Positions 8,481 to 18,315 of a stretch of 52,304 nucleotides of DNA are shown here, one piece after another. Below the pieces are notes generated by a model. The model did not search any database, was not told the DNA's origin, and worked only from the letters and a program-made list of their open reading frames with translations. Source of the DNA: a virus (lineage: Duplodnaviria > Caudoviricetes); the IMG/VR virus record IMGVR_UViG_3300019458_000043, positions 1 to 52,304 of that record; one strand, 5' to 3'. The translations under genes were made by a program, and so were the position numbers. Every line of letters begins with the position of its first letter. Within the stretch, counting starts at the first letter, position 1.

Positions 8481-9002
8481 ATGGCTACGGTTAGTGCAAA
8501 ACTTGTTAGTGCAATACTTGAAGCCCAGCCCGATGCTCTGGGTCGCCCCGTTGACGTTTTCAACATAAAGGTGGGTCAAGACTTCAAACTCGACCTGCTT
8601 GTCCGAAACTACGACCCGAGGTGTGTCGGGGTCAGCCTGCTGAGCCTTAATCTTCGCTGGGACCCAAAAATCCTGGAGGAGATTACCCCCGACATACGAA
8701 AGTTAGTTACCCCCTATTTCCCCTCGACTGGCTTTGTGACTAGGGCAAGTGGTCAGATCATCAACCTTTCCGGCCACTACCACCCATTCGCTCATGGCCG
8801 GGGTGGGATAGGCAGGTTCATAGGTCAAGGAAAACACGAACGGTTCGTGACATTCCATTTCAAGGCTCTCAGCATAGGAACCACCGCTCTCAACTTCTCC
8901 TTCGGGCGGAATGGCTCTGCGTTATTCACCGAGGCGAATTGGAGCGTCCCGATAAGAACGCCGCAAATGTCTTGGCCCAACGTTATGGTTTACGTGAAAT
9001 GA
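8481..9002 (+). CDS. Cohesin-like beta-sandwich protein
   Basis: IKVGQDFKLDLLV...GVS...NLRWDPKILE...FVTFHFKALSIGTTALNFS; GGAG RBS. Confidence 0.5.
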   Translation: MATVSAKLVSAILEAQPDALGRPVDVFNIKVGQDFKLDLLVRNYDPRCVGVSLLSLNLRWDPKILEEITPDIRKLVTPYFPSTGFVTRASGQIINLSGHYHPFAHGRGGIGRFIGQGKHERFVTFHFKALSIGTTALNFSFGRNGSALFTEANWSVPIRTPQMSWPNVMVYVK

Positions 9003-9496
9003 TCCAACCCAAGCCAACCCGCTACGGCCCTTATTTGTTCAAGAGCCGTCTGGAAGCACGCTGGGCAGTCTTTCTCGATAACTGCCCCAGCGTACTTCGA
9101 TGGAGTTACGAACCAGTCCGCTTTCGTGAACTCCAAACGGGTTGGGATTACACACCCGACTTTAGTGTTGTCACCGCTGGTCGAAAGTTGTATTTGGAGG
9201 TCAAACCTATATTCCCAACAGCCGAGTACCTCCATGTCCTCCAAGTATTTGCCATTGCTATCGCCCAGCAAGACAGGAACCTATCGTTTCGACCCGGCAA
9301 GCCCCCATTATTACAGGCACTTGTTCTCGGTTACGGCAACTTCTGGGACGACGATATAACTTTGCTCTCCGTAGAATCCCCAAACCTTCGCTTCTCACTC
9401 CAGAGCGTGTTTGCCAATTCTAAAACCGCACGTATCCTTGCCAACAACTATCGCTTCGACCTCCCCCAAAGAAAGAAAGGCCGCAGACGCAAATGA
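8999..9496 (+). CDS. PD-(D/E)XK endonuclease
   Basis: FKSRLEARWAVFLD...WSYEP...YTPDF...YLEVKP. Confidence 0.8.
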   Translation: MIQPKPTRYGPYLFKSRLEARWAVFLDNCPSVLRWSYEPVRFRELQTGWDYTPDFSVVTAGRKLYLEVKPIFPTAEYLHVLQVFAIAIAQQDRNLSFRPGKPPLLQALVLGYGNFWDDDITLLSVESPNLRFSLQSVFANSKTARILANNYRFDLPQRKKGRRRK

Positions 9497-11487
9497 AACT
9501 ACTGGCAGTTGACACGGAAACTACCGGAGTCGATTTGTGGCACGGGTGCAAGCCCTTCTACGTTTCGACCTGTAACGAGGATGGGGCAATGCGATCCTGG
9601 GAATGGGATGTGAACCCAGAGACACGGGAACCTATCATCCCGCAACGAGAAAAGCGTGAGGTTTACCTTTACCTCGCCAAGCACCAACTCATCTTTCATA
9701 ATACAAAGTTTGACGTGCGTGGTTTGAATCGTATCGGTATCACCATCGACCGATGGGATATGCACGACACACTGGTTGCCAGCCACGTTGTTGCTTCTGG
9801 GGAATCACATAAGTTGAAAGATTTGGCTTTGTTACACCTCGGTATCGACGATAGGGATCAGCAGTCACTGCAAGAGGCTGTTAATGAGGCACGTCGCTAC
9901 GGTCGTTCGCTAGGTTGGCGAATCGCCAAAGTTGGTGATCCACATTTCCCTGCTATGAAAAAGACAGCCAAGGATGGTTGGTGGCCTATGGATATGTGGT
10001 TGCCGCGTGCGGTTGCAAAGCACGCCGGCTATCCGAAAAATCATCGTTTCTGGAGCGTATGCTCGAACTACGCCGATACCGACGCCGAGCGTACCATAGG
10101 TTTATGGTACGCTCTTTGGGATGAGATGAAACAGGAGGACTTACTCGATATTTACGAAACCCGTCGCAGGCTTTTGGAAGTTACGTTTATTATGGAAGAA
10201 CGTGGAGTTACAGTAAACCGTAGCCGCTTAATAAACGCCAGAAAAATATATATACGTAAAGCCCAAGCAGCCGAATCACTCTGTTTTAGGCTGGCCGACT
10301 TCAAGGTCGATAACTTAGCTAGCCCCAAACAAGTCGAAGGTCTTCTATACGGTAACTTCGGCCTCAAACCGATCAAACAGACAAAGGCGAGCACGCCCGA
10401 CAACCCACACTTTGCTACCGACAAAGATACAATCAGCAAACTCCAAACACAAGTGCGACCACAAAGTAGGGCTGGGTTGTTCCTCACTAATCTGGTTGCC
10501 AATCGTAAAAATCGCAAAGCTGCAAGCTATCTCGACGAGTACGAAATACGTGGGATGACACCCTACTATCTCGATATGAAAGCACAGCGGTTGTGGTGGG
10601 TTCTAAACCCTAACTTTAATATCACTGGTACTCGCACCCCGCGATTCTCCAGCAACAGCCCAAACCAGCAGAACGTGTCGAAGCAAGAGGTTCGTGACGA
10701 GGATGGCAATATCGTTGAATCTTACAACCTTCGAGAGGTGTTCGGGCCTGTACCGGGTCGCGAATGGTATTCACAAGATTATGAGAACATCGAACTTCGC
10801 ATCTTTGCATATTCATCAGGGGACAAGCGGCTTATCAAAGCCTTTGAATCCGGGTACAGTGTCCATCTACTCATAGCCGAAATTCTCTTTCCTAAAGAGT
10901 GGAAGCTATGCCAGCGACTTGGCGTGTCGTTCAAGGATTATTACAAATCGACACTTTACCAGTGGACTAAAAACGGCAACTTCTCTATTATCTACGGGGC
11001 CAGTGAGGCTAAGGCCGACTCAACTTACCATTTGGATGGTGCTTATGCCAAGGTACGCAAAGAGTTTCCACTTATAAGGCGAGTAACTGAGGAAAAGTCG
11101 AACGAAGCCAGGGAATACGGTTACGTGACTACTCTAGGTGGTTATCGCCTCCAGGTGGCTAGCAACGAACCGCACAAAGCACTCAACTATTTTGTCCAGG
11201 GTACTGCCGGCTGGTGCATAATCCTAGGTATGGTCCGCATTTTCGAGTACCTACGAGATTTTCCCAGCTACTACATGATTATGCAAATCCACGACGAACT
11301 GGACTTCGACTTTCCAAAGCACAAACGGAATCTTGCAATAATCTCTGAATGTGCTAGATTGATGGCCCAAAGTGGTGGTGATATTGGTATTCCTACCCCA
11401 GTCGATGTTTCCCGCCACCGACAGACCTGGGCACAAGGCGAGCACGTCACCACTACATCCCTAGATAATTCACGGATCGCAGTATAG
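9493..11487 (+). CDS. polA: DNA polymerase family A with 3'-5' exonuclease
   Basis: ExoI DTETTG, ExoII HNTKFD, ExoIII YADTD; motif A DYENIELR, motif B KNGNFSIIYG, motif C QIHDEL. Confidence 0.95.
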   Translation: MKLLAVDTETTGVDLWHGCKPFYVSTCNEDGAMRSWEWDVNPETREPIIPQREKREVYLYLAKHQLIFHNTKFDVRGLNRIGITIDRWDMHDTLVASHVVASGESHKLKDLALLHLGIDDRDQQSLQEAVNEARRYGRSLGWRIAKVGDPHFPAMKKTAKDGWWPMDMWLPRAVAKHAGYPKNHRFWSVCSNYADTDAERTIGLWYALWDEMKQEDLLDIYETRRRLLEVTFIMEERGVTVNRSRLINARKIYIRKAQAAESLCFRLADFKVDNLASPKQVEGLLYGNFGLKPIKQTKASTPDNPHFATDKDTISKLQTQVRPQSRAGLFLTNLVANRKNRKAASYLDEYEIRGMTPYYLDMKAQRLWWVLNPNFNITGTRTPRFSSNSPNQQNVSKQEVRDEDGNIVESYNLREVFGPVPGREWYSQDYENIELRIFAYSSGDKRLIKAFESGYSVHLLIAEILFPKEWKLCQRLGVSFKDYYKSTLYQWTKNGNFSIIYGASEAKADSTYHLDGAYAKVRKEFPLIRRVTEEKSNEAREYGYVTTLGGYRLQVASNEPHKALNYFVQGTAGWCIILGMVRIFEYLRDFPSYYMIMQIHDELDFDFPKHKRNLAIISECARLMAQSGGDIGIPTPVDVSRHRQTWAQGEHVTTTSLDNSRIAV

Positions 11488-11495
11488 GAGTAAAC

Positions 11496-12695
11496 ATGGG
11501 TCATAAAGATCTCGGTGTACGAAACTACAACCCTTCCCTTGCCGCCCAGCAAACCAAAACTGGCAAGACCTACTTGGACAAAATTCGTAAGTTATCCCCT
11601 TACGAACGGTTGCTGTATTGGGTTTGCGAACGGCACCAAATCCACATCAACCGTTTTCCAGAGGGTGCCTACCCAACCGGCTGGTCCACAACAAACGGAA
11701 CCACGAGACGACAACGAACTCGGCATGTCAGTCAGACCGACCCACCTTGGACCGAAGACCCAATCCTCCAAACTGTATTCTTTTGCAACCCTTATCGGGA
11801 GAATGACAAAGTTACCGCTTACCTTCGCGATAATTTTAGGGAGAAGAACAAAAACAGCCCGTCGGCTTTTATGGGGTGTATTCTGCTCCGCTGGTACAAT
11901 TATATCCCAACTATGTCGAAGTTAATAAAAGCCGGGATTCCACACTCATTCGATACCGGCAAAGGCAAGCATGGTTGGGACTTACGTACCTACCTCTCTA
12001 TGTTAACCAAATTGCGTGACGAACGAAACGAACAGCTCTTTGGTGGTGCCTACATTATCCGCCCAATCGTTGATGGTAAGACAGGCGCTCGCAAGGTGGA
12101 GAGCATTGGCGAGTTACTTACCAATATGGCACTCGACGCCGACCTTTATCCACAAATTACTGGCAAGCACAAAACCCTGATGGGTCTTTCGCCCAGAACT
12201 TACGAGTCTTTGGGTAGTTCGACAGACGAAGACCAAGCCGGTTCGATGGCTTTTGCCTTTGCTCGACTCCGCGAGTTTAGTGGGATGGGCAAGTTTTACA
12301 ACTACCAGTTTATAGGGGACTTAGCTTACACCCACGTACTCCACAACGCTCCAGATTGGTTGACCTGGGGGTTCTGTGGCCCCGGTACCTCGCGAGGGTT
12401 GGTACGTCTTAACTGCCCATCTGGTAAAGCTACGTTACCGAACGGCAAGCGACTCCCTCGCCTTATGCCACTCCAACGAGGCTGGCAGGAACGATTGTTG
12501 CACGTCCAGGAACGAGTGAATAAGGATTTGAACCTTTCCCCCAAAAAAGATAGCAAGAACGGCGGCGAGGTTAGGCGGATGCAATACATCCACATGAGAG
12601 ACTTGTGCAACTGTCTTTGCGAGTACGATAAGTACGAGCGTGCCCTATTCAACGAACGGTCAATAAAGCGACCGTATTACGGACAAGGCAATTAA
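11496..12695 (+). CDS. aGPT-Pplase1-like thymidine hypermodification protein (HhH glycosylase-like fold)
   Basis: ERHQI...PPWTEDPILQ..FFCNPYRENDKVT; GMGKFYNYQFIGDL; GPGTSRGL; NCLCEYDKY. Confidence 0.85.
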   Translation: MGHKDLGVRNYNPSLAAQQTKTGKTYLDKIRKLSPYERLLYWVCERHQIHINRFPEGAYPTGWSTTNGTTRRQRTRHVSQTDPPWTEDPILQTVFFCNPYRENDKVTAYLRDNFREKNKNSPSAFMGCILLRWYNYIPTMSKLIKAGIPHSFDTGKGKHGWDLRTYLSMLTKLRDERNEQLFGGAYIIRPIVDGKTGARKVESIGELLTNMALDADLYPQITGKHKTLMGLSPRTYESLGSSTDEDQAGSMAFAFARLREFSGMGKFYNYQFIGDLAYTHVLHNAPDWLTWGFCGPGTSRGLVRLNCPSGKATLPNGKRLPRLMPLQRGWQERLLHVQERVNKDLNLSPKKDSKNGGEVRRMQYIHMRDLCNCLCEYDKYERALFNERSIKRPYYGQGN

Positions 12696-12977
12696 ATGGA
12701 TAGACTAATCACAAACCTGCGTGCGTCGTTACACAAATACAGGTCCAAACAGGAGAGTATTATGACTGAGTTGCACAACCAGCGTGCGTCCGGGGACACG
12801 CAAGTATCCTTGATACTAAAATCGAAGTGTTCCGTTTGCAACGAATACCACGTTTGCAGGGACCACACATTCATGACAGTAAAAGCTGCCGCCGAGTTTT
12901 TGTTAAGTCATTTGGCACCTATCGACGTTCAGCATCTTGCCGATATGCACGTCGCTCGTCGAGGGGGTGAACAATGA
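12696..12977 (+). CDS. Hypothetical protein with CxxC
   Basis: Abuts both neighbours; CSVC...HVC. Confidence 0.55.
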   Translation: MDRLITNLRASLHKYRSKQESIMTELHNQRASGDTQVSLILKSKCSVCNEYHVCRDHTFMTVKAAAEFLLSHLAPIDVQHLADMHVARRGGEQ

Positions 12978-13195
12978 TACTTGATCGTGCCAAACTCGCT
13001 CGTATGATCCCCCGTTTCCGTGAAGTTGTCAAATCCCTTATCGGTGAGGCTAACGTAACCGACAACGAATTGACTGGCCTCGATATCCTGGAAACGTTCG
13101 ATCAGATACAACAACGACTTGCTATCTTGGAGCAATACTTCAAGGTAGGTCGCCCCCAGATTCTGACACCCACCCAACGCGAGGAGGATGATTGA
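12974..13195 (+). CDS. Hypothetical protein
   Basis: GAGGGGG RBS; ATGA overlap. Confidence 0.6.
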   Translation: MILDRAKLARMIPRFREVVKSLIGEANVTDNELTGLDILETFDQIQQRLAILEQYFKVGRPQILTPTQREEDD

Positions 13196-13629
13196 TGCAC
13201 AACGTACCAATGATTACCGATGTGCGAGACTTCCATCTGGCTTTTCGTCACCCTGTTGTCGAGCGACCATCTCTCCCAATCATGCAACGTAGGATGCTAC
13301 GGCGACACTTGAACTACGGGGAATGGCAAGAACTGGAAAGTTCGATGGATAAGCTCGAGTCCCCGAACGAATTAACCCAGTTGGAAGGGCTTATCCAAGT
13401 TGCTGATGATATTGCCGACCTGATCTATGTTCTGATCGGGATGGCTTTAGAATACGGTATTCCTTTGGATGCTGTATGGCGGGCCGTACAGCGAGCCAAT
13501 ATGGCTAAGCTAGGACCGAACGGCTTGTCGATGTATGACGTTAATGGCAAGGTGTGCAAGCCTCTTGGTTGGTCGCCACCGGATATCAAACAAATTCTCA
13601 TCAACCACGGATTGGAGGTACCTAAATGA
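13192..13629 (+). CDS. MazG-like/PRA-PH all-alpha dNTP pyrophosphatase
   Basis: VRDFHLAF...ADDIADLIYVLIG...VQRANMAKL...GKVCKPLGWSPPDI. Confidence 0.85.
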   Translation: MMHNVPMITDVRDFHLAFRHPVVERPSLPIMQRRMLRRHLNYGEWQELESSMDKLESPNELTQLEGLIQVADDIADLIYVLIGMALEYGIPLDAVWRAVQRANMAKLGPNGLSMYDVNGKVCKPLGWSPPDIKQILINHGLEVPK

Positions 13630-13949
13630 TTTATGCACTTGTTCAGATTGTCAAGTTGCATGGTCGTAACTACGGGCATAGCCTTGTTGCTGAGGTTAAT
13701 GCTTCGAGTACGCAAGAGGCATTCATGTTCTTTGCTAGTCACTACAAAGAACTACCCAGGGATTATTACATCCATACACCAAACTGCCAGCACCTCCCAT
13801 ACGCTCGTACCTCCCGACACGGGCATATAAGGGAAGCCCAAGGTATCGTGGACGAGAGTTTTCGCAAGGCCCGGCCGTTAGTAGAAGGGGCTGAACCCCC
13901 AGAGCGTAAAACTACCCGCCCACCGCGTCGTGTTTTCCCACGTCACTAG
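13626..13949 (+). CDS. Hypothetical protein
   Basis: GGAGG RBS; ATGA overlap. Confidence 0.55.
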   Translation: MIYALVQIVKLHGRNYGHSLVAEVNASSTQEAFMFFASHYKELPRDYYIHTPNCQHLPYARTSRHGHIREAQGIVDESFRKARPLVEGAEPPERKTTRPPRRVFPRH

Positions 13950-13966
13950 CTTTCAAGGACAGAACC

Positions 13967-15064
13967 ATGCACTATTTCTTCCGCAACGTGAACGATGCTT
14001 TTGCTGGGGTGGTCGATCAGCTTGCTGTTAGTGACAAGAACAACAAAGCAACACTCAGTGTACCCGTAAGCAGACATCCCAGTCGCTACGGTGAAGTGCT
14101 CCAAATCACAGAACCAGTAACCTTAACCTACTCCCACCCTTGGGAACGAGTCCTGTTTAGCCGGAAACGAGATTGCAACCCATTCTTCCACCTCTTTGAA
14201 GCTCTGTGGATGCTGGCAGGCCGTAGAGACGTGGAATTTCTCGCCTACTTCAATCCCCGAATGCGTGAATTTTCAGACAATAGCAAAACTTTGTGGGGTG
14301 CCTATGGCTATCGCTGGCGACGTGCTTCGTCCCTCTATCCTTTGGAAGATCAAGACCAGATAGAGAATACTATCAATGAACTCAAGGTGGACCCTTATAG
14401 TCGTCGTTGTGTAATCGCCCACTGGCGGGATGTTGATTGGTGTGCTATCCACGCTCATAGCAAAGACATACCGTGCAACACACATATCTATTTCCAGATA
14501 CTGGACGGTAAACTGGAAATGACTGTATGCAATCGCAGTAACGATATGATTTGGGGGGCGTTAGGGGCCAACTATGTCCATTTCACTTTCCTCCAAGAAT
14601 ACATCGCTTTGGCCCTTAACGTGGCGATGGGTCGTTACCATCACTTCTCCACAAATATGCACGTTTACATAAACAACTGGAAACCTGACTTATGGCTGTC
14701 TGATCAATCAGCGGACGGGGGGCTCCAATACCCTTCGTCTGCATTTTCTACTCCTCTTGTTCTTTATAGTAACCGAGCATCCTTCGACACCAAACTCCCC
14801 GACTTACTGGACTGGGCTACCGAGCACGTAAACCACCAAGCTACCTATCATTGGGATGTGCCGTTCTTCGATGGTGTTGTCCACTACGCTGCCAAAGCGT
14901 TCGCCCTCTACAAACAAAAACGATACGATGATGCCCTTGCACTATGCCGTCTAATTCACTCGTTCGATTGGCGAGTAGCTTGCCACGAATGGGTACTCCG
15001 CCGCAAGTTGCGTGCAAAGACCAACTTCCCCGAACTTGAAGTGAAGGACAACGATTATGTATAG
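13967..15064 (+). CDS. Thymidylate synthase superfamily, probable dUMP hydroxymethylase
   Basis: NPFFHLFEALWMLAG, GAYGYRWR, catalytic KDIPCN, RSNDMIWGALGAN (Asn at the dUMP-specificity position), NMHVY. Confidence 0.85.
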   Translation: MHYFFRNVNDAFAGVVDQLAVSDKNNKATLSVPVSRHPSRYGEVLQITEPVTLTYSHPWERVLFSRKRDCNPFFHLFEALWMLAGRRDVEFLAYFNPRMREFSDNSKTLWGAYGYRWRRASSLYPLEDQDQIENTINELKVDPYSRRCVIAHWRDVDWCAIHAHSKDIPCNTHIYFQILDGKLEMTVCNRSNDMIWGALGANYVHFTFLQEYIALALNVAMGRYHHFSTNMHVYINNWKPDLWLSDQSADGGLQYPSSAFSTPLVLYSNRASFDTKLPDLLDWATEHVNHQATYHWDVPFFDGVVHYAAKAFALYKQKRYDDALALCRLIHSFDWRVACHEWVLRRKLRAKTNFPELEVKDNDYV

Positions 15065-15135
15065 TTTTTCATCCACAAAACAAAGTTTAACAACCTTTCC
15101 CACCTTCGGACAACATTTACCCCAAGTGAACAAAC

Positions 15136-15576
15136 ATGACTATCGAGACAACTGACCGCCACCCGGACACTGATTTTTGGGTTGCTGTCCAGCAAACAGA
15201 CATTACCCAACTCACTGAAAAAGAGAAAACCTACAAAGGTTCTTGGAAACGTCGCGGTGGTCGCGGGGCATGGTTCACCATCGCTCGACCTCTTGATCGG
15301 CTGGAAGTTATTGTTAACCGTTTTGACGATGACATATTCAAAGCCTGCGAGGCTGATGATACCGGGGCCGACGGTTCCGCCTTGGCATGTATCCGCGATC
15401 TACGTCGCTACTTTACCCTCCTCGAAGCTGAAATCATTCGGCGGAAGCGAGTTTGGGGTGGTAAAGTTGCTGTAGCCCGTTCCCTCGACAACCCCGACCC
15501 AATCCGTTCACCAACTTCAATCGCTTACGACAATGAGCTACTCAACTCTTCTGATATGGGAGAACCCCGTGGTTAA
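15136..15576 (+). CDS. Nucleotide-modification-associated all-alpha protein (Nmad1/DUF1599-like)
   Basis: KEKTYKGSWKRRGGRG...RPLDRL...IRDLRRY; adjacent to the TS homologue. Confidence 0.65.
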   Translation: MTIETTDRHPDTDFWVAVQQTDITQLTEKEKTYKGSWKRRGGRGAWFTIARPLDRLEVIVNRFDDDIFKACEADDTGADGSALACIRDLRRYFTLLEAEIIRRKRVWGGKVAVARSLDNPDPIRSPTSIAYDNELLNSSDMGEPRG

Positions 15577-17797
15577 ACTCAAAGACGCCCCAGACAAAGT
15601 CAAGCCTTTCCTTTTCTTTGGGGTGGAGTGCGACCCACACCCCAAACAGACACAAGGTACTTGCCCTTTCTGCCACGCTGAAAAACTCGGTATCGAATCC
15701 GAAACCGGAAAGTGGCAATGCCTCAAGTGCAAAGCCGGGGGCAATATCTATTCGTTTCTTCGCGTTCTGTACGACGAGTCCTATCAACAAAGCGGTAATG
15801 TACGCGACTATAACGCTTTCGCCAGCGAACGGAATCTCCGCCCCGAAACACTGAGGGCTTGGGGGTTAGTAAAATCCGTTACCACTGGTGACTGGTTGTT
15901 ACCAGGTTATAACGAAACCGGGAAACTTACAAACCTCTACAAGCTGGCTGAGGTGGGTGGTAAGCAACGTGCTCTCTCCACCCCAGGCTGCAAACTCCAA
16001 CCGTTCGGCACTTTATTGCTCAAGACCGAGCACAAAACGCTCTACATTACTGAGGGCTGGAGTGACGGTATGAAGTTGTGGGAAACCCTACAAACTCTTC
16101 GAGCCGGGGCGAACGGGCTAATAAAAACCAAAAATCCAACCCAAGCCCTAGCAGCTACAAGCGGCGTCCTCGCCATGCCAGGGGCCGCCGCTTTCCAAGA
16201 GTCGTGGCTAACCCACCTTGCCAATCGGCACGTTATTCTACTCTTAGACAACGACCACCCCAAACGATTTCCTCCAGACCACCCCAAGGCCGGCAAGGTG
16301 ATGCTCCACCCAAAAACCCGTAATAAGATTATACCGGGTTGGGATGGACAACAGCGTATAATTACTATGGCCCAGAAAGCCGATACCCCGCCCAAGTCTA
16401 TGAAACAGATTGTATGGGGCGACGGCGGGTTCGACCCTGAAATGACAGACGGCCTGGACATTCGCGACATTATCAACGAGATCGGCCCGCTCGCCGGGGT
16501 CCAGTATTTGCTGGACAGGGTTCAGCCCGTTCAACTCTCCCCAAAGAAAACCGAACCCGGTCAAGCTGTAGCTGTCGACCCAGTTGAATGCACCACCTTC
16601 ACAAACCTTACAAAGCACTACCATGATACACTCCACTTCTCGCGACAGATGGAAGATTCACTGGTAGTCATGCTAGCTGTTGTTCTCTCGACCGATCTGC
16701 GAGGGGATCAATTATGGTTGCGTGTTATCGGCCCACCAGGGTCCGGCAAATCAACGCTCGCCGAAGCCATCACCGCTGCCCAGGACTATATTTACGCTTC
16801 GTCCCTTTTTACTGGGTTCCACTCAGGCTACTTGGGGGACAAAGGCGAACGAGCCAAAGGTTCGGCCTCTCTGGTCCCCCAGATGGACGGAAAAACAGTT
16901 GTTATAAAGGATGGTGACACTTTGCTCAACTCGTCGGGTTGCAACCGCATTCTATCAGAGTTACGTGACCTATATGACGGCACTTCCAGAGCCAGGTACC
17001 GTAACCGCGAGCAAGGGTTATACGAAGGTCTACGTATCACGTTCATCTTGTGTGGAACCGACGAGCTTCGGTCCTTGAACCGAACGCACTTAGGGGAACG
17101 GTTCTTGGATTGTGAGGTGTTAGGTAACGAGGATACTACCCCTTACCTGAACCGTGCAATCAAAAACGCTTTCTCCCAATTATCGACCGGGCTTGCCAAT
17201 GGTTCTCCCGACCACACTGGGGTTGGTGTTGAAGATAATATGCTGGTTATCAAGCAGGCTACATTCGGTTTTATCAGACACTTAAAGGAAACACTCTCCA
17301 GTACCACCCCGCCGACCCATACCACCGAAGTCGATAATGTCATTGGGGCACTAGCCCAGATAGTCTCTTACGCCCGTGCCCACGTCAAGCGTGACGGGCA
17401 GGATATCTCTTACCGGCCACGACCGGAGTTGGCAACCCGGTTGGGTGCCCAGTTTACTCGGCTCTCTGTTTGTATGGCAATCGTTCTCGGAAAACAAGAG
17501 TTGGATAAAACCGTGGTTCGTATCTTGCGAAAAGTAGCCCATGACACCTGCCAGGGTTTCCGCTTCGAGGTAATGAATCTTTTAGCCAGCAGACCCAGCT
17601 TATCCGCTGTCCAGTTATCGAGGAAACTCGGCTTAGCCGAAACCGCCGTTCGGCGGTTGTTGTATGACATGCTCGAGTTTAAGATCATCGAGCGTGTCTC
17701 CCGGCCCAATAACTCCGGACAACGTGGTCGCGACGTTCACCTGTGGAAGTTAACGCAAGCCATCCACTCTCTCTGGAAGGTTGCGTTTGGTCACTAA
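15569..17797 (+). CDS. Primase-helicase: Zn finger + TOPRIM + AAA+ ATPase + winged helix
   Basis: CPFC...CLKC; ITEGWSDG, LLDND; GPPGSGKST; RERF-like GERFL; C-terminal HTH LSAVQLSRKLGLAETAVRR. GTG start overlaps the upstream stop. Confidence 0.85.
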   Translation: MVKLKDAPDKVKPFLFFGVECDPHPKQTQGTCPFCHAEKLGIESETGKWQCLKCKAGGNIYSFLRVLYDESYQQSGNVRDYNAFASERNLRPETLRAWGLVKSVTTGDWLLPGYNETGKLTNLYKLAEVGGKQRALSTPGCKLQPFGTLLLKTEHKTLYITEGWSDGMKLWETLQTLRAGANGLIKTKNPTQALAATSGVLAMPGAAAFQESWLTHLANRHVILLLDNDHPKRFPPDHPKAGKVMLHPKTRNKIIPGWDGQQRIITMAQKADTPPKSMKQIVWGDGGFDPEMTDGLDIRDIINEIGPLAGVQYLLDRVQPVQLSPKKTEPGQAVAVDPVECTTFTNLTKHYHDTLHFSRQMEDSLVVMLAVVLSTDLRGDQLWLRVIGPPGSGKSTLAEAITAAQDYIYASSLFTGFHSGYLGDKGERAKGSASLVPQMDGKTVVIKDGDTLLNSSGCNRILSELRDLYDGTSRARYRNREQGLYEGLRITFILCGTDELRSLNRTHLGERFLDCEVLGNEDTTPYLNRAIKNAFSQLSTGLANGSPDHTGVGVEDNMLVIKQATFGFIRHLKETLSSTTPPTHTTEVDNVIGALAQIVSYARAHVKRDGQDISYRPRPELATRLGAQFTRLSVCMAIVLGKQELDKTVVRILRKVAHDTCQGFRFEVMNLLASRPSLSAVQLSRKLGLAETAVRRLLYDMLEFKIIERVSRPNNSGQRGRDVHLWKLTQAIHSLWKVAFGH

Positions 17798-17815
17798 CCT
17801 TGGAAAGGAATTACC

Positions 17816-18100
17816 ATGCTTATCCTAACTCGTAGCGTTAAGGACAAAATCATTATACCGGATGTCGGCATTATTATCACCTTAACAGAGATTTATCGCG
17901 ATGGTCGTCGTGCCAGGATCGGGATTGAAGCACCCGAAAATATGAAGATATACAGGCACGAATTGATGACAAAGGACCAACGGGATATAGCAGAACAGAT
18001 AATGCGAGGCGAGCGGCCCCTTGGGGCTTGCTATATCCCTAGCATAAAAGCGGCCTATGAAACTACACAAAATAGGCAAACTAGGGAAACCAGCCCATAA
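17816..18100 (+). CDS. csrA: Carbon storage regulator CsrA homologue
   Basis: MLILTRSVKDKIII...RARIGIEAPENMKIYRHEL. Confidence 0.85.
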   Translation: MLILTRSVKDKIIIPDVGIIITLTEIYRDGRRARIGIEAPENMKIYRHELMTKDQRDIAEQIMRGERPLGACYIPSIKAAYETTQNRQTRETSP

Positions 18101-18211
18101 AGCCCCCAGCCATCGCGTATTTGCGTTTAACCTACCTACCACACATACTACTACAAGGCCCCGCACATTGCCCCCAGCCCCAGCCCAGCCCACTGCACAA
18201 GCTAGGGGGTC

Positions 18212-18243
18212 GGGGTCGCACCTCGCGACCCAGCCCCAGCCCC
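18212..18243. repeat. 32-bp palindromic element; inverted copy at 44248-44279
   Basis: GGGGTCGCACCTCGCGACCCAGCCCCAGCCCC matches the reverse complement of 44248-44279 with 1 mismatch. Confidence 0.85.
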
Positions 18244-18315
18244 GTAACTGCCAAAATGGCAGCCCCCTATTAACATAAACGAGGGTTTATATGTTCCCCC
18301 GATGGAGTCTCGGTT

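Noticed and set aside
13967-15064. dCMP hydroxymethylase with the GT2 genes as DNA glucosyltransferases
   Set aside because: The specificity residue is Asn (dUMP type) and not Asp, and the GTs lie 26 kb away, coupled to the Thr-rich structural gene. Disfavoured but not formally excluded.
9493-15576. 2-aminoadenine (Z) or 7-deazaguanine DNA system
   Set aside because: No PurZ, DpdA or Que/FolE-like genes recognised; the cluster points to pyrimidine modification.
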